Below, one piece after another: positions 1 to 10,101 of a stretch of DNA of 64,000 nucleotides; the first letter of the stretch is position 1, and each line of letters starts with the position of its first letter. The position numbers were made by a program, and so were the translations under genes. A model generated the notes under the pieces. The model had not been told where the DNA came from and did no database searches. It was given only the letters and a program-made list of their open reading frames with translations. This DNA is from Candidatus Fraserbacteria bacterium (GTDB lineage: Bacteria > Bipolaricaulota > Bipolaricaulia > RBG-16-55-9): NCBI GenBank assembly GCA_037443265.1, contig JBBIOR010000004.1:25972-89971 (forward strand), in the 5' to 3' direction.

Positions 1-1577
1 AGTCGGCCCTGAAGCCCAAAGAGATCTAAGCCGCTGCCCGTAAAGCGCTCCAGCGCGCAGGCGGGGATGAAGGCCGTAAAATCCGTCTTGTAGTCTTCGC
101 CGGAGTTCAGATAGATGTGGCCGTCGCGCCCCGTGGGCCGCGGTGGATTGACCACGCGAAAGCGGACGGTGACCCTCTGGTTCAAATAGCGCTTGAGTTC
201 GCGCTCTGCTTCTTCAGCCGTCAAGATGGGAATCCCTTCGGGAATGCGAGCGCGATACGCATTGGAGTACTCTGTCCACTGATGGAGGGCTCGGCTGCGC
301 ACTCGATAGAAATACTCTGGCCCTGGGATGACTGGGCGATCGATGAAATACCAGCTCCAGCCAGGCAGCTCAGAAGAACGCTCGCACGCTCGGCTCTTAG
401 GATCGCGCAACCGGCAGATCTCATAGCGCTCTACGGAGCCCAGGGCGCGGGGCCTCCACTGAATGAGCGCCGCATCGCGGGCTACCCCAAAGTGACGGAT
501 CTCAACGCGCGGAGGCGAAGAAGCCGAGATCTCGTAGGCCCGGGCATCGCTTAGGAGCATTTGAAAATTCTCGCGATAGCGCTGGGCGATGCCCTCGTCA
601 TGCACAATTAGAAAATTCTCGTCATTGCGCTCCAGGGCGCTCTTGGACCAGTTCGCAGAGCCCGTAATCACAATGCGATCGTCTATGATGGCATATTTAT
701 GGTGCAAGAGGCCGGGACCGGCCTCTACGACGCCGATGCCCTGCTTTAGAAGATCGTCCACTCTAGAGAAGAAGCACCTATCTTGGCTTAGAAGATCCCA
801 GATGGCTTCGAGGCGCACGCCGCGGTTTTGGGCCTCTAAGAGTGCTTCGTACAGCTCCTGATCCGTCAAGTCATAGAGGGCCAGACGAATCGATTGGCGC
901 GCGTTTTTTATCAGCTCGATCAAGCGCTCTCTGGGCCGATCGCTGGGAGAGAAATAGATCTCGATGGAGACGTCGCTTACGCGAAGGCGCTCTTCGTTCG
1001 TGTCTTGCTTGGTGGGGCCGTAGCGTCTATGGGAAAACATCTCTTCGAACTCCGCGCGGTAGTCTTGCGCGACCAAAGAGCTCTGAATGATGACGGCGTT
1101 GTTGGCATCGAAATAGACGCCCGTCTCCGTCCAGTTGGTCGAGCCTGTCCAGACTGTTCTTTGATCGACGATCATGAACTTGTGATGCATCAGGCGCTCA
1201 TTCTCATCGAGCTTGAGCTGGACGCAATGGGGGAGTGTTTGAGGGCGGGATTGCTCGGCTTCCAGAACCAAGCGGATCGTCACGCGGCGGGCGCAGGCGC
1301 GTTGCAGAGCGTCCAGAAGAGCGGGCATCGTCAGATGATACATCGCGATGTCCAAAGACGATCTGGCTTGCTCGATGAGCTCGATGAGCACTTGATCGAG
1401 GCCGCCCCCTTGCGTGGCGAAATCCTCCATCTCCGGAAGTCCGGCCAGTGGGTTGTTGAAATAGACGGCCACGCTCTCGCTAAGGGGGCCTGAAGCGGGA
1501 CGCGAAGCCGTGATCTGGCAAGCCGTCAGCGCGAGCAGAATCCCCACGGCGCAAGGCAGGAGCGTGATGGATCTCAT
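1..1577 (-). CDS. Phospholipase D-family lipoprotein with two HKD motifs; C-terminal end lies outside the window
   Basis: This reverse-strand ORF is missing from the supplied track because it runs off the window edge. It starts at ATG 1575-1577 ([20 protein letters not shown]...), a signal peptide with an LTAC lipobox. It carries two HxKxxxxD motifs ([20 protein letters not shown] and [20 protein letters not shown]), followed by a C-terminal extension of more than 170 aa that looks FN3-like. Third-codon-position GC (GC3) is high in this frame. Confidence 0.8.
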   Translation of the reverse strand, partial: MRSITLLPCAVGILLALTACQITASRPASGPLSESVAVYFNNPLAGLPEMEDFATQGGGLDQVLIELIEQARSSLDIAMYHLTMPALLDALQRACARRVTIRLVLEAEQSRPQTLPHCVQLKLDENERLMHHKFMIVDQRTVWTGSTNWTETGVYFDANNAVIIQSSLVAQDYRAEFEEMFSHRRYGPTKQDTNEERLRVSDVSIEIYFSPSDRPRERLIELIKNARQSIRLALYDLTDQELYEALLEAQNRGVRLEAIWDLLSQDRCFFSRVDDLLKQGIGVVEAGPGLLHHKYAIIDDRIVITGSANWSKSALERNDENFLIVHDEGIAQRYRENFQMLLSDARAYEISASSPPRVEIRHFGVARDAALIQWRPRALGSVERYEICRLRDPKSRACERSSELPGWSWYFIDRPVIPGPEYFYRVRSRALHQWTEYSNAYRARIPEGIPILTAEEAERELKRYLNQRVTVRFRVVNPPRPTGRDGHIYLNSGEDYKTDFTAFIPACALERFTGSGLDLFGLQGR

Positions 1578-1583
1578 GGCGGC

Positions 1584-1613
1584 TTGATTATAGCGCGCCC
1601 TTAACACTATACT
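1584..1613 (+). promoter_or_regulatory. Sigma-70-like promoter of the sucD operon (TTGATT-18-TATACT)
   Basis: TTGATT sits at 1584-1589 and TATACT at 1608-1613. The SD CAGGAGGA precedes the sucD ATG at 1640. Confidence 0.5.
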
Positions 1614-1639
1614 CATGGCGCGGACAGGAGGACCTTTCG

Positions 1640-2515
1640 ATGAGTATCTTGATCGATGAACACACCCGAGTCTTAGTGCAAGGGATCACGGGAAGCGAGG
1701 GGTCCTTCCACACCCAGCGCATGATCGAATACGGCACGAGGGTCGTAGCGGGTGTCACGCCGGGCAAAGGCGGAACTTCCTTCGACGGCGTGCCCATCTA
1801 CGACACGGTGGCTGAGGCTGTGGGAAGACACAGCATTGATGCGACGGTCATCTTCGTGCCGGCCCGCTTTGCCAGCGACGCGATCCTCGAGGCGGCCGCG
1901 GAGAAAATTCCACTCATCGTCTGCATCACTGAGGGCATCCCCTTGCATCATATGCTCGCCACTTACGAGATTCTGCAGTATCGCGGAGTGCGTCTCATAG
2001 GCCCCAACTGTCCGGGTCTGCTCTCCGCGGGAAAGTCCAAAATGGGGATCATGCCGGGCCAGATCTTCCAGAGAGGGCCTGTGGGAGTCGTCTCGCGCAG
2101 TGGGACTCTCACCTACGAGATCGTGGATCAATTGACGAAAGCCGGGCTGGGCCAGACGACGGCCGTGGGCATCGGCGGCGACCCCGTCATCGGCAGCTCT
2201 TTCATTGATATTTTAGAGCTATTTGAGAGAGATCCCGAGACAAAGCTTGTGGTGCTGGTGGGCGAAATTGGAGGCAACGATGAAGAAGAGGCTGCTGAAT
2301 TTATCGCTCGCGAGATGAGCAAACCCGTGGTGGCCTATATTGCCGGCTTCTCTGCTCCGCCGGGCAAAAGAATGGGCCACGCCGGGGCGATCATCACGGG
2401 CTCTTCCGGTACGGCCGAAACCAAGGTGCAGGCCCTCGCTGAGAGGGGGATTCCCGTGGCCCACACGCCCCGACAAGTCGTGGAGCTTGCCAAACAAGCG
2501 CTCCGTAAAGCCTAA
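1640..2515 (+). CDS. sucD: Succinyl-CoA synthetase alpha subunit
   Basis: The 291-aa product begins [25 protein letters not shown] and contains a CoA-binding Rossmann fold and the conserved MGHAGAII catalytic His region. No sucC is adjacent. Confidence 0.9.
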   Translation: MSILIDEHTRVLVQGITGSEGSFHTQRMIEYGTRVVAGVTPGKGGTSFDGVPIYDTVAEAVGRHSIDATVIFVPARFASDAILEAAAEKIPLIVCITEGIPLHHMLATYEILQYRGVRLIGPNCPGLLSAGKSKMGIMPGQIFQRGPVGVVSRSGTLTYEIVDQLTKAGLGQTTAVGIGGDPVIGSSFIDILELFERDPETKLVVLVGEIGGNDEEEAAEFIAREMSKPVVAYIAGFSAPPGKRMGHAGAIITGSSGTAETKVQALAERGIPVAHTPRQVVELAKQALRKA

Positions 2516-2518
2516 CAT

Positions 2519-3601
2519 ATGGGCTTTAAGTGTGGACTGGTAGGCTTTCCCAATGCGGGCAAATCGACCCTGTTTAATGCGCTTACAGACGCGGGCGCCA
2601 AAGTCGCCAGCTTCCCCTTTAGCACCATCGATCCTCAAGTAGGAGTCGTGGCCGTGCCCGATGAGCGCCTAGAGAGACTCGCGGAACTCTTCCCGCAGAA
2701 GCGCAAAGTCCCCACGACGCTGGAGTTTATAGACATTGCCGGGCTTGTGCGCGGAGCCCATCGGGGCGAGGGCTTAGGCAATCAATTTTTGGCTGAGATT
2801 CGCAGCGTCGATGCCATCGTCCACGTTGTGCGCTGCTTTGAAGATCCGAACGTCGTCCATCCGGAAGGCACGATCGACCCGCGGCGGGACATCGAGCTCA
2901 TCGAGACGGAGCTCATGCTGAAAGATCTGGAGATGCTGGAGAAGAAAGTGAAAAGCTTGCAGTCTCAAGTGCGGCTGGGGGACAAGGCCGCACGGGCAGA
3001 GCTGCCGTTTTATCAGACGCTTGTGGAAGCCATAGGCCGTGGGCAGCCCCTTCGACAGCTCTCCTTAAGCGAAGATGAGCGGGCCAAGCTCAAAGAACTC
3101 AGCCCTCTTACGCTCAAGCCGGTGCTCTACGTCGCCAACGTGGGAGAGGATGGGAAATACGTCGATGTGGTGAAAGCACTGGCTGTGCAGCGGGGCGGAG
3201 CGGTAGTCGTCATCTATGGAAAACTGGAGATGGAGATCACTGAGACGGCGGAATCGCTGGAAGAGCGCGAGGCCTATCTGAAAGAGTGGGGCGTGGAGGA
3301 ATCGGGTCTCAAAAAGCTCGTGCGCGCGGGCTATGAGCTGTTGCATCTGGTGACGTTCTATACCGTTGATGGGCCCGAGGTGCGGGCGTGGACGGTCACC
3401 CAAGGGACAGGGGCCCGCCAAGCCAGCGGAAAGATCCACAGTGACTTTGAAAAGCGCTTCGTGCAAGCCGAAGTGACGACGGCAGAGGAGCTACGGACGC
3501 ACGGCTCGATGGCCAAGCTGCGGGAACTGGGGCGACTGCGGCGCGAAGGCGAAAAGTATCAAGTTCAAGACGGCGATGTGATTCACTTCGTCATCGCTTG
3601 A
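2519..3601 (+). CDS. ychF: Ribosome-binding ATPase YchF (Obg-family GTPase)
   Basis: The protein begins MGFKCGLVGFPNAGKSTLFNALT, has a TGS domain at the C-terminus, and is 360 aa long. Confidence 0.92.
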   Translation: MGFKCGLVGFPNAGKSTLFNALTDAGAKVASFPFSTIDPQVGVVAVPDERLERLAELFPQKRKVPTTLEFIDIAGLVRGAHRGEGLGNQFLAEIRSVDAIVHVVRCFEDPNVVHPEGTIDPRRDIELIETELMLKDLEMLEKKVKSLQSQVRLGDKAARAELPFYQTLVEAIGRGQPLRQLSLSEDERAKLKELSPLTLKPVLYVANVGEDGKYVDVVKALAVQRGGAVVVIYGKLEMEITETAESLEEREAYLKEWGVEESGLKKLVRAGYELLHLVTFYTVDGPEVRAWTVTQGTGARQASGKIHSDFEKRFVQAEVTTAEELRTHGSMAKLRELGRLRREGEKYQVQDGDVIHFVIA

Positions 3602-3607
3602 GGGGAG

Positions 3608-4228
3608 ATGCCGGCTCTTATTCTTCATCTCGAAGTCGAGCGCGGGTTTGCTCCCAAAGAACTTGAGAGGATTCGAGATGCCATCGTCAACGGGATGATT
3701 TTTATTTTCCCGACAGACACGATCTACGGCTTGGGTTGCGATGCGAAGAGCGCGAGCGCTGTCAAGAGGATTTATGAGCTGAAGGGGCGTCCGCCGGAGC
3801 GCCCCTTCTCCGTGCATCTGGGAAGCATCTGGGAGATAGAGCACCATGCGGAGCTTACCGAGCGGCAGCGCCTCCTCATCGAAAAGCTCTTGCCCGGTCC
3901 CTTCACGGTCGTGCTAAAAGCAGCTAGCAAGGCTCCGCCGGCCTGCGTGAGCCCCGATGGGAAGATTGGCCTGCGCGTGCCGAAAAGCCGCTCATTTCGT
4001 CTTGTCTACCAGACAGCCGGACGTCCCTTAGTGGGCACCAGCGTCAATAGAAGCGGCGAGCCGCCTCTTATAAACATCGAAGAGATCAGGCAACAATTCG
4101 CGGATCACGTGGAGCTTATCATCGCTACGGATGAGCCCATGACTCAAGAGAGCTCCAGTGTGATCGATCTCACCGTCGAGCCGCCCGTAGCCCTTCGAGG
4201 CCGTCTACCCGCAGGGCTCTTAGGCTGA
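3608..4228 (+). CDS. tsaC: L-threonylcarbamoyladenylate synthase (YrdC/TsaC)
   Basis: YrdC fold motifs are present (FPTDTIYGLGCDA and ELKGRPPERPFSVH). The product is 206 aa. Confidence 0.85.
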   Translation: MPALILHLEVERGFAPKELERIRDAIVNGMIFIFPTDTIYGLGCDAKSASAVKRIYELKGRPPERPFSVHLGSIWEIEHHAELTERQRLLIEKLLPGPFTVVLKAASKAPPACVSPDGKIGLRVPKSRSFRLVYQTAGRPLVGTSVNRSGEPPLINIEEIRQQFADHVELIIATDEPMTQESSSVIDLTVEPPVALRGRLPAGLLG

Positions 4229-4234
4229 AGATCT

Positions 4235-5503
4235 ATGACAGAGCTGGCGGCCCTGCTCATCTTCATCGTTACGTATGTGATCATCGCCATTCAAAAGATC
4301 CCGCGCGTGCACATCAGTCGAGCGGCAGGCGCTTTGATCGGAGCCGTGGCCATGGCGCTTTTGGGGGTACTCACACCCCAGCAGGCCTATGCAGCTCTCG
4401 ATATCGACACACTGGTCTTCTTGCTTGGCATGATGATCCTGGTGGCACATCTAGAAATTGCTGGCTTCTTTGAAGTGCTAGAGCTGTGGATCTTACGTCG
4501 AGCCCGCAGCCGTCGCGGGCTTCTGGCTCTGGTGATTAGCTCCAGCGGCCTGCTCTCGGCTCTTTTCATGAATGACACGATCTGCCTGATGTTCACGCCG
4601 GTGCTGGTGCGGCTCACCCAACGCCTTAAGCTCAACCCGGTGCCGTATCTTTTGGGACTCGTTATGGCGGCCAACGCCGGGAGCGTAGCCACCATCATTG
4701 GGAATCCCCAACAGATGCTCATCAGCGTAAGAGGCCATCTGCCATTCCTGCCGTTTACGCTCGCCCTGGGGCCGGCGGCTCTCTTGAGCCTGTTTGTGAC
4801 GTTTGCCGGGCTCTGGCTGCTCTTCCGCCGCGAGCTTCAAGGCGAACTGCCCCATCTTCTGGCAGATCTGCCGGAGTATCGCGAGCTATCGATTCAGCGC
4901 GGGCTCTTATGGAGCGGGCTTCTCGTGATGATGCTCTTTCTGGCCTTGCTCATAACCGGTATGCCTCCACAGTGGGCGGCCATCAGCTGCGCGGCACTTC
5001 TGCTCGTGCTCGCCAGCAACCGTCCGCGGCGTGCTCTCCAACACGTCGACTGGACGCTGTTGCTGCTGTTTGCTGGGCTCTTCATCGTGATGCGCGGCCT
5101 GGAGGCCACCAGCTGGATGGATCAACTGATGAGACTCAGTAGCTCTTGGCTGAGCAGCGGGTCTTCTAGCATTAGCTCGCTCTTTGCGCTGGTAGGCGTC
5201 ACTGTGATCGTGAGCAACCTTGTGAGCAACGTGCCCGCCGTGCTGCTTTTGGCTCCTCTACTGGAGCGCGCCGGAGCTGGACCCGATTCGTGGCTGGCTC
5301 TGGCTATGGCTTCCACGCTGGCCGGAAATCTCACGATCATCGGCTCGGCAGCCAATCTCATCGTGCTGGAGATCGCCGCGGCTCGTGGGGTTCACATCAG
5401 CTTTGGCGCGTACTGGCGCGCGGGGCTTCCCATTGCGCTCGCCTCCCTGGCTGCGGGCACTCTCTGGCTCATGCTGCGCTTTTTGTTCATGGCGAGACTC
5501 TAA
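4235..5503 (+). CDS. ArsB/NhaD-superfamily anion permease (YbiR/ArsB-like)
   Basis: This 422-aa polytopic membrane protein carries the duplicated GNPQQMLI / NVPAVLLLAP-type motifs of the ArsB/NhaD/CitMHS fold. It is packed tightly downstream of tsaC. Confidence 0.6.
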   Translation: MTELAALLIFIVTYVIIAIQKIPRVHISRAAGALIGAVAMALLGVLTPQQAYAALDIDTLVFLLGMMILVAHLEIAGFFEVLELWILRRARSRRGLLALVISSSGLLSALFMNDTICLMFTPVLVRLTQRLKLNPVPYLLGLVMAANAGSVATIIGNPQQMLISVRGHLPFLPFTLALGPAALLSLFVTFAGLWLLFRRELQGELPHLLADLPEYRELSIQRGLLWSGLLVMMLFLALLITGMPPQWAAISCAALLLVLASNRPRRALQHVDWTLLLLFAGLFIVMRGLEATSWMDQLMRLSSSWLSSGSSSISSLFALVGVTVIVSNLVSNVPAVLLLAPLLERAGAGPDSWLALAMASTLAGNLTIIGSAANLIVLEIAAARGVHISFGAYWRAGLPIALASLAAGTLWLMLRFLFMARL

Positions 5504-6329
5504 GGTCGGCTGCCTCCTCCACGCGGATTCGGATCCACGCCAGCCCGTTACGCTGATCATACGTGACGCCGAGCACTTGGCCGGGATACGGGGCCTTAAG
5601 ATACAGCTTTTCGATCTGCGCGTTAAGAGCTAGCAGGCGCCCTTCATACGCGCGCTCGCCCAAGAGGAGTGCCCTGAGCCTGCCGATGAACGAGGCCTGC
5701 TCCCTTTGCAAATCTTGAAGCTCCTTCTGGAGCTTGGCCAGGACAACTGGATCTTTTACGCACAACGGCTCTTCGCCCGTGATGAGCTGATACGGCTGTA
5801 CGAGCGCTTGCCCTGTGCAGGATAGTTCTTTGATCACGACCTGTGTGCCGGGCACCGGCTGAGTTCCGCTCTCGCGCCATTGCCAATCGATGCGGGCAGC
5901 CTCGATCAGCTTTGCTACCACACGGCCTGGCTCACGCACGACCCAATACGCTTCACGCACTTCGTGCATCGGAGTTGCGCTACAGAGTTCCAGCTGAGCG
6001 GCCGCCATAGCCTGGAGCGTCCGAGTCGCATAGCGGAGCTCCAGCGTCCCATCGCGGTTGAAGAGCATTTCCTCCGGCTGAGGATTGAAACGGAGCTGCG
6101 CCAGTGTCGCTTCTGGCAGAAAGCGCACGCGCAGCGCACTCACATAAGCCCCATCCACTTCATCTAAAGAGAAGCGGAAGATCTTGCTGGGTTGAGCGCA
6201 ATCCGCTGGAAGTTCCATCTGCCCCATTCGCTTTGAGAAATTGGCCGTCTGGGATGCCCCCACGATAAGCAGTGCTCCCAAAGGCACCGCCATCGCGAGA
6301 ATCTTCATGCGTCTTAGTCGAGTCATCAT
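5487..6329 (-). CDS. Secreted hypothetical protein
   Basis: An N-terminal signal peptide is present (MMTRLRRMKILAMAVPLGALLIVGAS). An SD AGGGGTGA lies upstream. No family was recognised. The 3' end overlaps the convergent permease gene by 17 nt. Confidence 0.5.
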   Translation of the reverse strand: MMTRLRRMKILAMAVPLGALLIVGASQTANFSKRMGQMELPADCAQPSKIFRFSLDEVDGAYVSALRVRFLPEATLAQLRFNPQPEEMLFNRDGTLELRYATRTLQAMAAAQLELCSATPMHEVREAYWVVREPGRVVAKLIEAARIDWQWRESGTQPVPGTQVVIKELSCTGQALVQPYQLITGEEPLCVKDPVVLAKLQKELQDLQREQASFIGRLRALLLGERAYEGRLLALNAQIEKLYLKAPYPGQVLGVTYDQRNGLAWIRIRVEEAADLRVSP

Positions 6330-6440
6330 CTTGTGTCACCCCTTTCGGCTGTTGCTCAACGTACATCTACTCTTGGGGAGTCGAGGAGTTTCACTTCCAT
6401 TTTTTTAAGCCAGCTCTTTCAGGGTCCCTCAAGAAGTCAC

Positions 6441-6446
6441 TATAAT
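6441..6446 (+). promoter_or_regulatory. -10 box TATAAT, 8 nt upstream of the rqcH ATG (short or leaderless mRNA)
   Basis: In CACTATAATGGGGCGCTATG there is no room for a Shine-Dalgarno sequence. The same CTATAAT pattern recurs before other genes in the window. Confidence 0.4.
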
Positions 6447-6454
6447 GGGGCGCT

Positions 6455-8143
6455 ATGCACTTCGAGGGGATCACGCTCGCCGCTGTCATAGCGGAGCTCA
6501 AAGAGCTGGAGAAGAGCTTCATCCAGCAGATCTATCAACCCCTGCCCGAGTTGCTCTTGTTGCAGCTCTACTTGGGCCAGAGGCATCAGCTGCTCATCTC
6601 GCTCTCAGGTTCGGCGCGCGTCCATCTCACTTGGCAGAAGTATGAGAATCCATCAGCGCCATCGGCCTTCTGCATGTTGCTGCGCAAGCATCTTAAGGGG
6701 GGAATGATTCAAGGGATTGCGCAACAGGGCCTGGAGCGCCTTGCCGATTTTATGGTCGTGCGAGGTGGGGAGGAGTACACGCTGCGCGCAGAGCTCATGG
6801 GGAATTTCAGCAACGTGATTCTGCTTAAGGGCACAGAGATTTTGGGTGCGCTTAAGCGCTCGGCAGGGCAGCGGAAGTTTTTTGCAGGCGCTCGCTATGA
6901 GCCCCCGGCCTCGCAGGGCAAGCTCGACCCGCGCGCGATCGCGAAAGATGATCTTCTGAAGGCGCTACAAGTCCGACCCGAAGAAGATGTGACGAAAGCA
7001 TTGCTCAGGGTAACAGCGGGAATCGGCCCGCGCACGGCAGCTGAGATCACCCTGCGTGCAGGACTTAAGTTAAAGAGCTCGATCTCTTCGCTGAGTGCCT
7101 CAGAGTGGGACGCGCTTTGGGATGCCGTCCAGCAAGTGTTTTCTAGGATCGCCCTGAAAGATTTTCAGCCGTGCGTCTATCTCGAAGACGGAAGACCCAT
7201 CGATTGTACGCCCTTTCCATTCGAGAGCTACGCGCATCTTGAGATTCAAAGCTACAAGAGCCTCTCTGAGGCGCTGGATGCTTATCATCGAGAGCGCCGT
7301 CAGGAGCCGTTCGAGCTGCTTACTAGAACAGTCGGGCAGCGGCTCAAACAACGCATCCGAAGGATTGAGAAGGCTCTTGGCCAAGTTGAAGGAGATCTAA
7401 AGGACGCCAAGCGCTTTGAGGAATACAAAGAGCAGGGGGATCTGCTGATGGCGAATCTGGCGCAGCTTAAGAAGGGCCAGAGCCAAGCGGAGATCGAAGA
7501 TTTCATTCGAGGGGGCCGGCGGATGATCTCGCTCGATCCTACGCTCGATCCCGCCGCCAACGCCCAGCGTTACTACGAGCGCTACAAGAAGCTCAAACGC
7601 GCTGTTGAAAAATTGACGGAACGGCGGGAGGATCTGCAGAGAGAGCTCCGTTATCTCCACGAGTGCCAAGTGTATTTAGAGCAGGCCGAGACGCTCGACG
7701 AACTCAAGGAGTTGCAAAAAGAGATCGAGCTGGAGGGTGCTCTGCCTATAGCTTCTGGAAGGGGAGCCAAGACGCCGTCTGGCCCCCGTCGCTACTCTGT
7801 GGATGGCTTTGCGATTCTAGTGGGAAGAAACGGGCGGCAGAACGACGCATTGATTCGCCAGGCTCATCGGGAGGACTACTGGCTCCATGCCAAAGATCGT
7901 CCGGGAGCCCATGTGCTCATCGTGAGCGATCGCAAAGGAGTGGTCCCTCCGGAGCGGGTGCTGTTGCGCGCCGCTCAGCTGGCAGCGTATTATTCCCGAG
8001 GACGCGGCTCGACAAAAGTGCCCGTCACGTACACCCGGGTCAAATATCTGAAGAGGCCCCAGGGGGCCAAACCCGGTCAGGTGCTTGTCATGCGAGCAGA
8101 AGGAACTTTGATCGTCTCCCCAAAGGAGAAGGAGGAGGAATGA
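6455..8143 (+). CDS. rqcH: Ribosome quality-control factor RqcH (NFACT/FbpA family)
   Basis: The 562-aa product has an NFACT-N domain, a coiled coil and an NFACT-R domain (DYWLHAKDRPGAHVLI). Confidence 0.85.
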   Translation: MHFEGITLAAVIAELKELEKSFIQQIYQPLPELLLLQLYLGQRHQLLISLSGSARVHLTWQKYENPSAPSAFCMLLRKHLKGGMIQGIAQQGLERLADFMVVRGGEEYTLRAELMGNFSNVILLKGTEILGALKRSAGQRKFFAGARYEPPASQGKLDPRAIAKDDLLKALQVRPEEDVTKALLRVTAGIGPRTAAEITLRAGLKLKSSISSLSASEWDALWDAVQQVFSRIALKDFQPCVYLEDGRPIDCTPFPFESYAHLEIQSYKSLSEALDAYHRERRQEPFELLTRTVGQRLKQRIRRIEKALGQVEGDLKDAKRFEEYKEQGDLLMANLAQLKKGQSQAEIEDFIRGGRRMISLDPTLDPAANAQRYYERYKKLKRAVEKLTERREDLQRELRYLHECQVYLEQAETLDELKELQKEIELEGALPIASGRGAKTPSGPRRYSVDGFAILVGRNGRQNDALIRQAHREDYWLHAKDRPGAHVLIVSDRKGVVPPERVLLRAAQLAAYYSRGRGSTKVPVTYTRVKYLKRPQGAKPGQVLVMRAEGTLIVSPKEKEEE

Positions 8144-8805
8144 ATCGTCTGCGCTCGATGTTCGCCTTGGCCAGCGCCACTCAGTATCTCGTCCTGGCCA
8201 CCGTCATCGTCTATGCCCTTCAGATCCTGCAGCAGCCCAAAGGGGGCACGGGCTTCTTCGATCTCTTTGATGTCCGGCGGATCACCTGGATCGAGGCGAA
8301 GTTTGGGCTCATCTCGCCTCCTCTGATGCCGGACATCCTCTGGCAATTGGTGACGTATATGTTCTTGCACGGCAGTCTCTGGCACATTCTTTTCAACATG
8401 TGGGCGCTGTGGCTCTTCGGCCATGCGCTCGAGATGGTCTGGGGTATGAAGCGTTTTTTATGTTATTATTTCTTCACGGGCATCGGAGCGGGACTCACCG
8501 TGACCGCCATCTCGCTTCTGACAGACCAGCCTGGCTTTAGCGTTACCATCGGCGCTTCTGGAGCGATTTACGGACTGCTATTAGCTTTCGGGATGCTCTT
8601 CCCCAATCAAGCGTTATATTTATTCTTCATCCCTGTGCCGATTCGAGCGAAGTATGCCGTGCTCATTTTGGGTGCGTTCGCCTTTGTGGCCTCGATGACG
8701 AACATTCTGCCGGGCATTAGCAACATCGGCCACTTGGGCGGGCTGTTCTTCGGCCTGCTCTATCTGAGGGGCCGGAGCTGGCTCTTAAGATTATCCGGGC
8801 GTTGA
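8140..8805 (+). CDS. Rhomboid-family intramembrane serine protease
   Basis: The ATG at 8140 overlaps the rqcH stop (ATGA). A catalytic Ser lies in GASGAIYG and a catalytic His in HLGGLFFG, and there are 6 TM segments. The track ORF beginning at 7663 is an artefactual N-terminal extension that overlaps rqcH. Confidence 0.85.
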   Translation: MNRLRSMFALASATQYLVLATVIVYALQILQQPKGGTGFFDLFDVRRITWIEAKFGLISPPLMPDILWQLVTYMFLHGSLWHILFNMWALWLFGHALEMVWGMKRFLCYYFFTGIGAGLTVTAISLLTDQPGFSVTIGASGAIYGLLLAFGMLFPNQALYLFFIPVPIRAKYAVLILGAFAFVASMTNILPGISNIGHLGGLFFGLLYLRGRSWLLRLSGR

Positions 8806-8868
8806 GCGGAGCCATTTGAGAAGGGGTCCTTCGTCTGCTACAATGGCGCGAAAGCGAGGTCGAGCAGG

Positions 8869-9093
8869 ATGCGAACGTTTCTGCTGTTGCTCTTTGTGCT
8901 GGACGCCCTAGCCCTCATTGGTCTCATTCTCATCCAGATGAGCCGGCACGCGGGCTTGGGCGGGGCCTTTGGAGGAGGAGGTACCCATACCGTCTTCGGG
9001 CGCGAAGAGCAGAGCGATCCCAAGCGCACGGCCACCGCTTGGCTGTCGGGCCTCTTTATGGTGCTGGCGTTGGCGCTGTCGCTCGTGCCCTAA
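8869..9093 (+). CDS. secG: Preprotein translocase subunit SecG
   Basis: The 74-aa product has two TM segments and the SecG signature LILIQMSRHAGLGGAFGGGG. Confidence 0.8.
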   Translation: MRTFLLLLFVLDALALIGLILIQMSRHAGLGGAFGGGGTHTVFGREEQSDPKRTATAWLSGLFMVLALALSLVP

Positions 9094-9105
9094 GTGAGGA
9101 GATTC

Positions 9106-10086
9106 ATGGCGGATACGCTCATTGAAGTCAGAGAGCTGAAGACATATTTCTACACGGAAGATGGGATCGTACGGGCCGTTGACGGTGTCTCGTTCGCCAT
9201 TGAACGCCAGAAGACCCTGGGGGTGGTGGGCGAGAGCGGCTGCGGCAAGAGCCAGACGGCCCTCTCGATCATGGGGCTGGTGCCTATGCCTCCGGGCAAG
9301 ATCGTCGGCGGCCAGGTGATCTATCACCGCAACGGCCAAGCTGTGGATCTTACTAAGCTCGACCCCAAAGGGAAAGAATATCGATCCATCCGGGGCAACG
9401 AGATCGCCATGATCTTCCAGGAGCCGATGACCTCTTTAAATCCCGTCTACACCATCGGCGATCAGATCATGGAAGCGATCATGCTCCACCAGAAGAAGAA
9501 CAAGCGCGAGGCGCGAGAGTTGGCCATCGAGATGCTCCGCCAAGTCGGGATTCCGCTGCCAGAACAGCGCGTCGACGAATACCCCCACCAGCTCTCCGGC
9601 GGCATGAGACAGCGCGCCATGATCGCCATGGCTCTCTCCTGCAATCCCCACCTCTTGATCGCTGATGAGCCCACCACGGCCCTGGATGTGACGATCCAGG
9701 CTCAGATCCTTGAGCTCATAAAAGAACTCCAGAGAGAATATCACATGTCACTCATGATGATCACCCACAACTTAGGGGTGATCGCAGAGACGGCGGATGA
9801 CGTGGTCGTCATGTACTTGGGGAAGGTGGTGGAGCACGCTCCAGCTTGGGAGATCTTCCACAACCCCAAGCATCCGTACACGCAGGGGCTCATGGAATCC
9901 ATCCCAGCGCTCACCAAGAAGAAAGAGAGGCTCAAGCCGATCAAGGGCGTGGTGCCCGATCCGTATAATATTCCCAAGGGATGCCCGTTCCAGACCCGCT
10001 GCCCCTATGTGATGGATGTGTGTAAGGAGATGCCTCCTCTTAAGGAAGTCGTGCCCAATCACAAAGTGGCCTGCTGGCTCTACTAG
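9106..10086 (+). CDS. oppD: Oligopeptide/dipeptide ABC transporter ATP-binding protein (OppD/DppD type)
   Basis: Walker A is [10 protein letters not shown], the ABC signature is LSGGMRQR, and an Opp C-terminal domain is present. The SD GAGGAG sits at 9096-9101. A GTG at 9094 is an alternative start. Confidence 0.85.
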   Translation: MADTLIEVRELKTYFYTEDGIVRAVDGVSFAIERQKTLGVVGESGCGKSQTALSIMGLVPMPPGKIVGGQVIYHRNGQAVDLTKLDPKGKEYRSIRGNEIAMIFQEPMTSLNPVYTIGDQIMEAIMLHQKKNKREARELAIEMLRQVGIPLPEQRVDEYPHQLSGGMRQRAMIAMALSCNPHLLIADEPTTALDVTIQAQILELIKELQREYHMSLMMITHNLGVIAETADDVVVMYLGKVVEHAPAWEIFHNPKHPYTQGLMESIPALTKKKERLKPIKGVVPDPYNIPKGCPFQTRCPYVMDVCKEMPPLKEVVPNHKVACWLY

Positions 10087-10101
10087 GAGGGGTGACAGGG
10101 T

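Noticed and set aside
7663-8805. Long N-terminal extensions in track ORFs (7663-8805 rhomboid; 52319-53323 permease; 58101-58502 atpF; 58409-59758 atpC; 45733-48198 pstCA)
   Set aside because: The extensions overlap the upstream gene in another frame. Internal Met codons abut the upstream stop codon and give proteins of canonical length, so the downstream starts were used.
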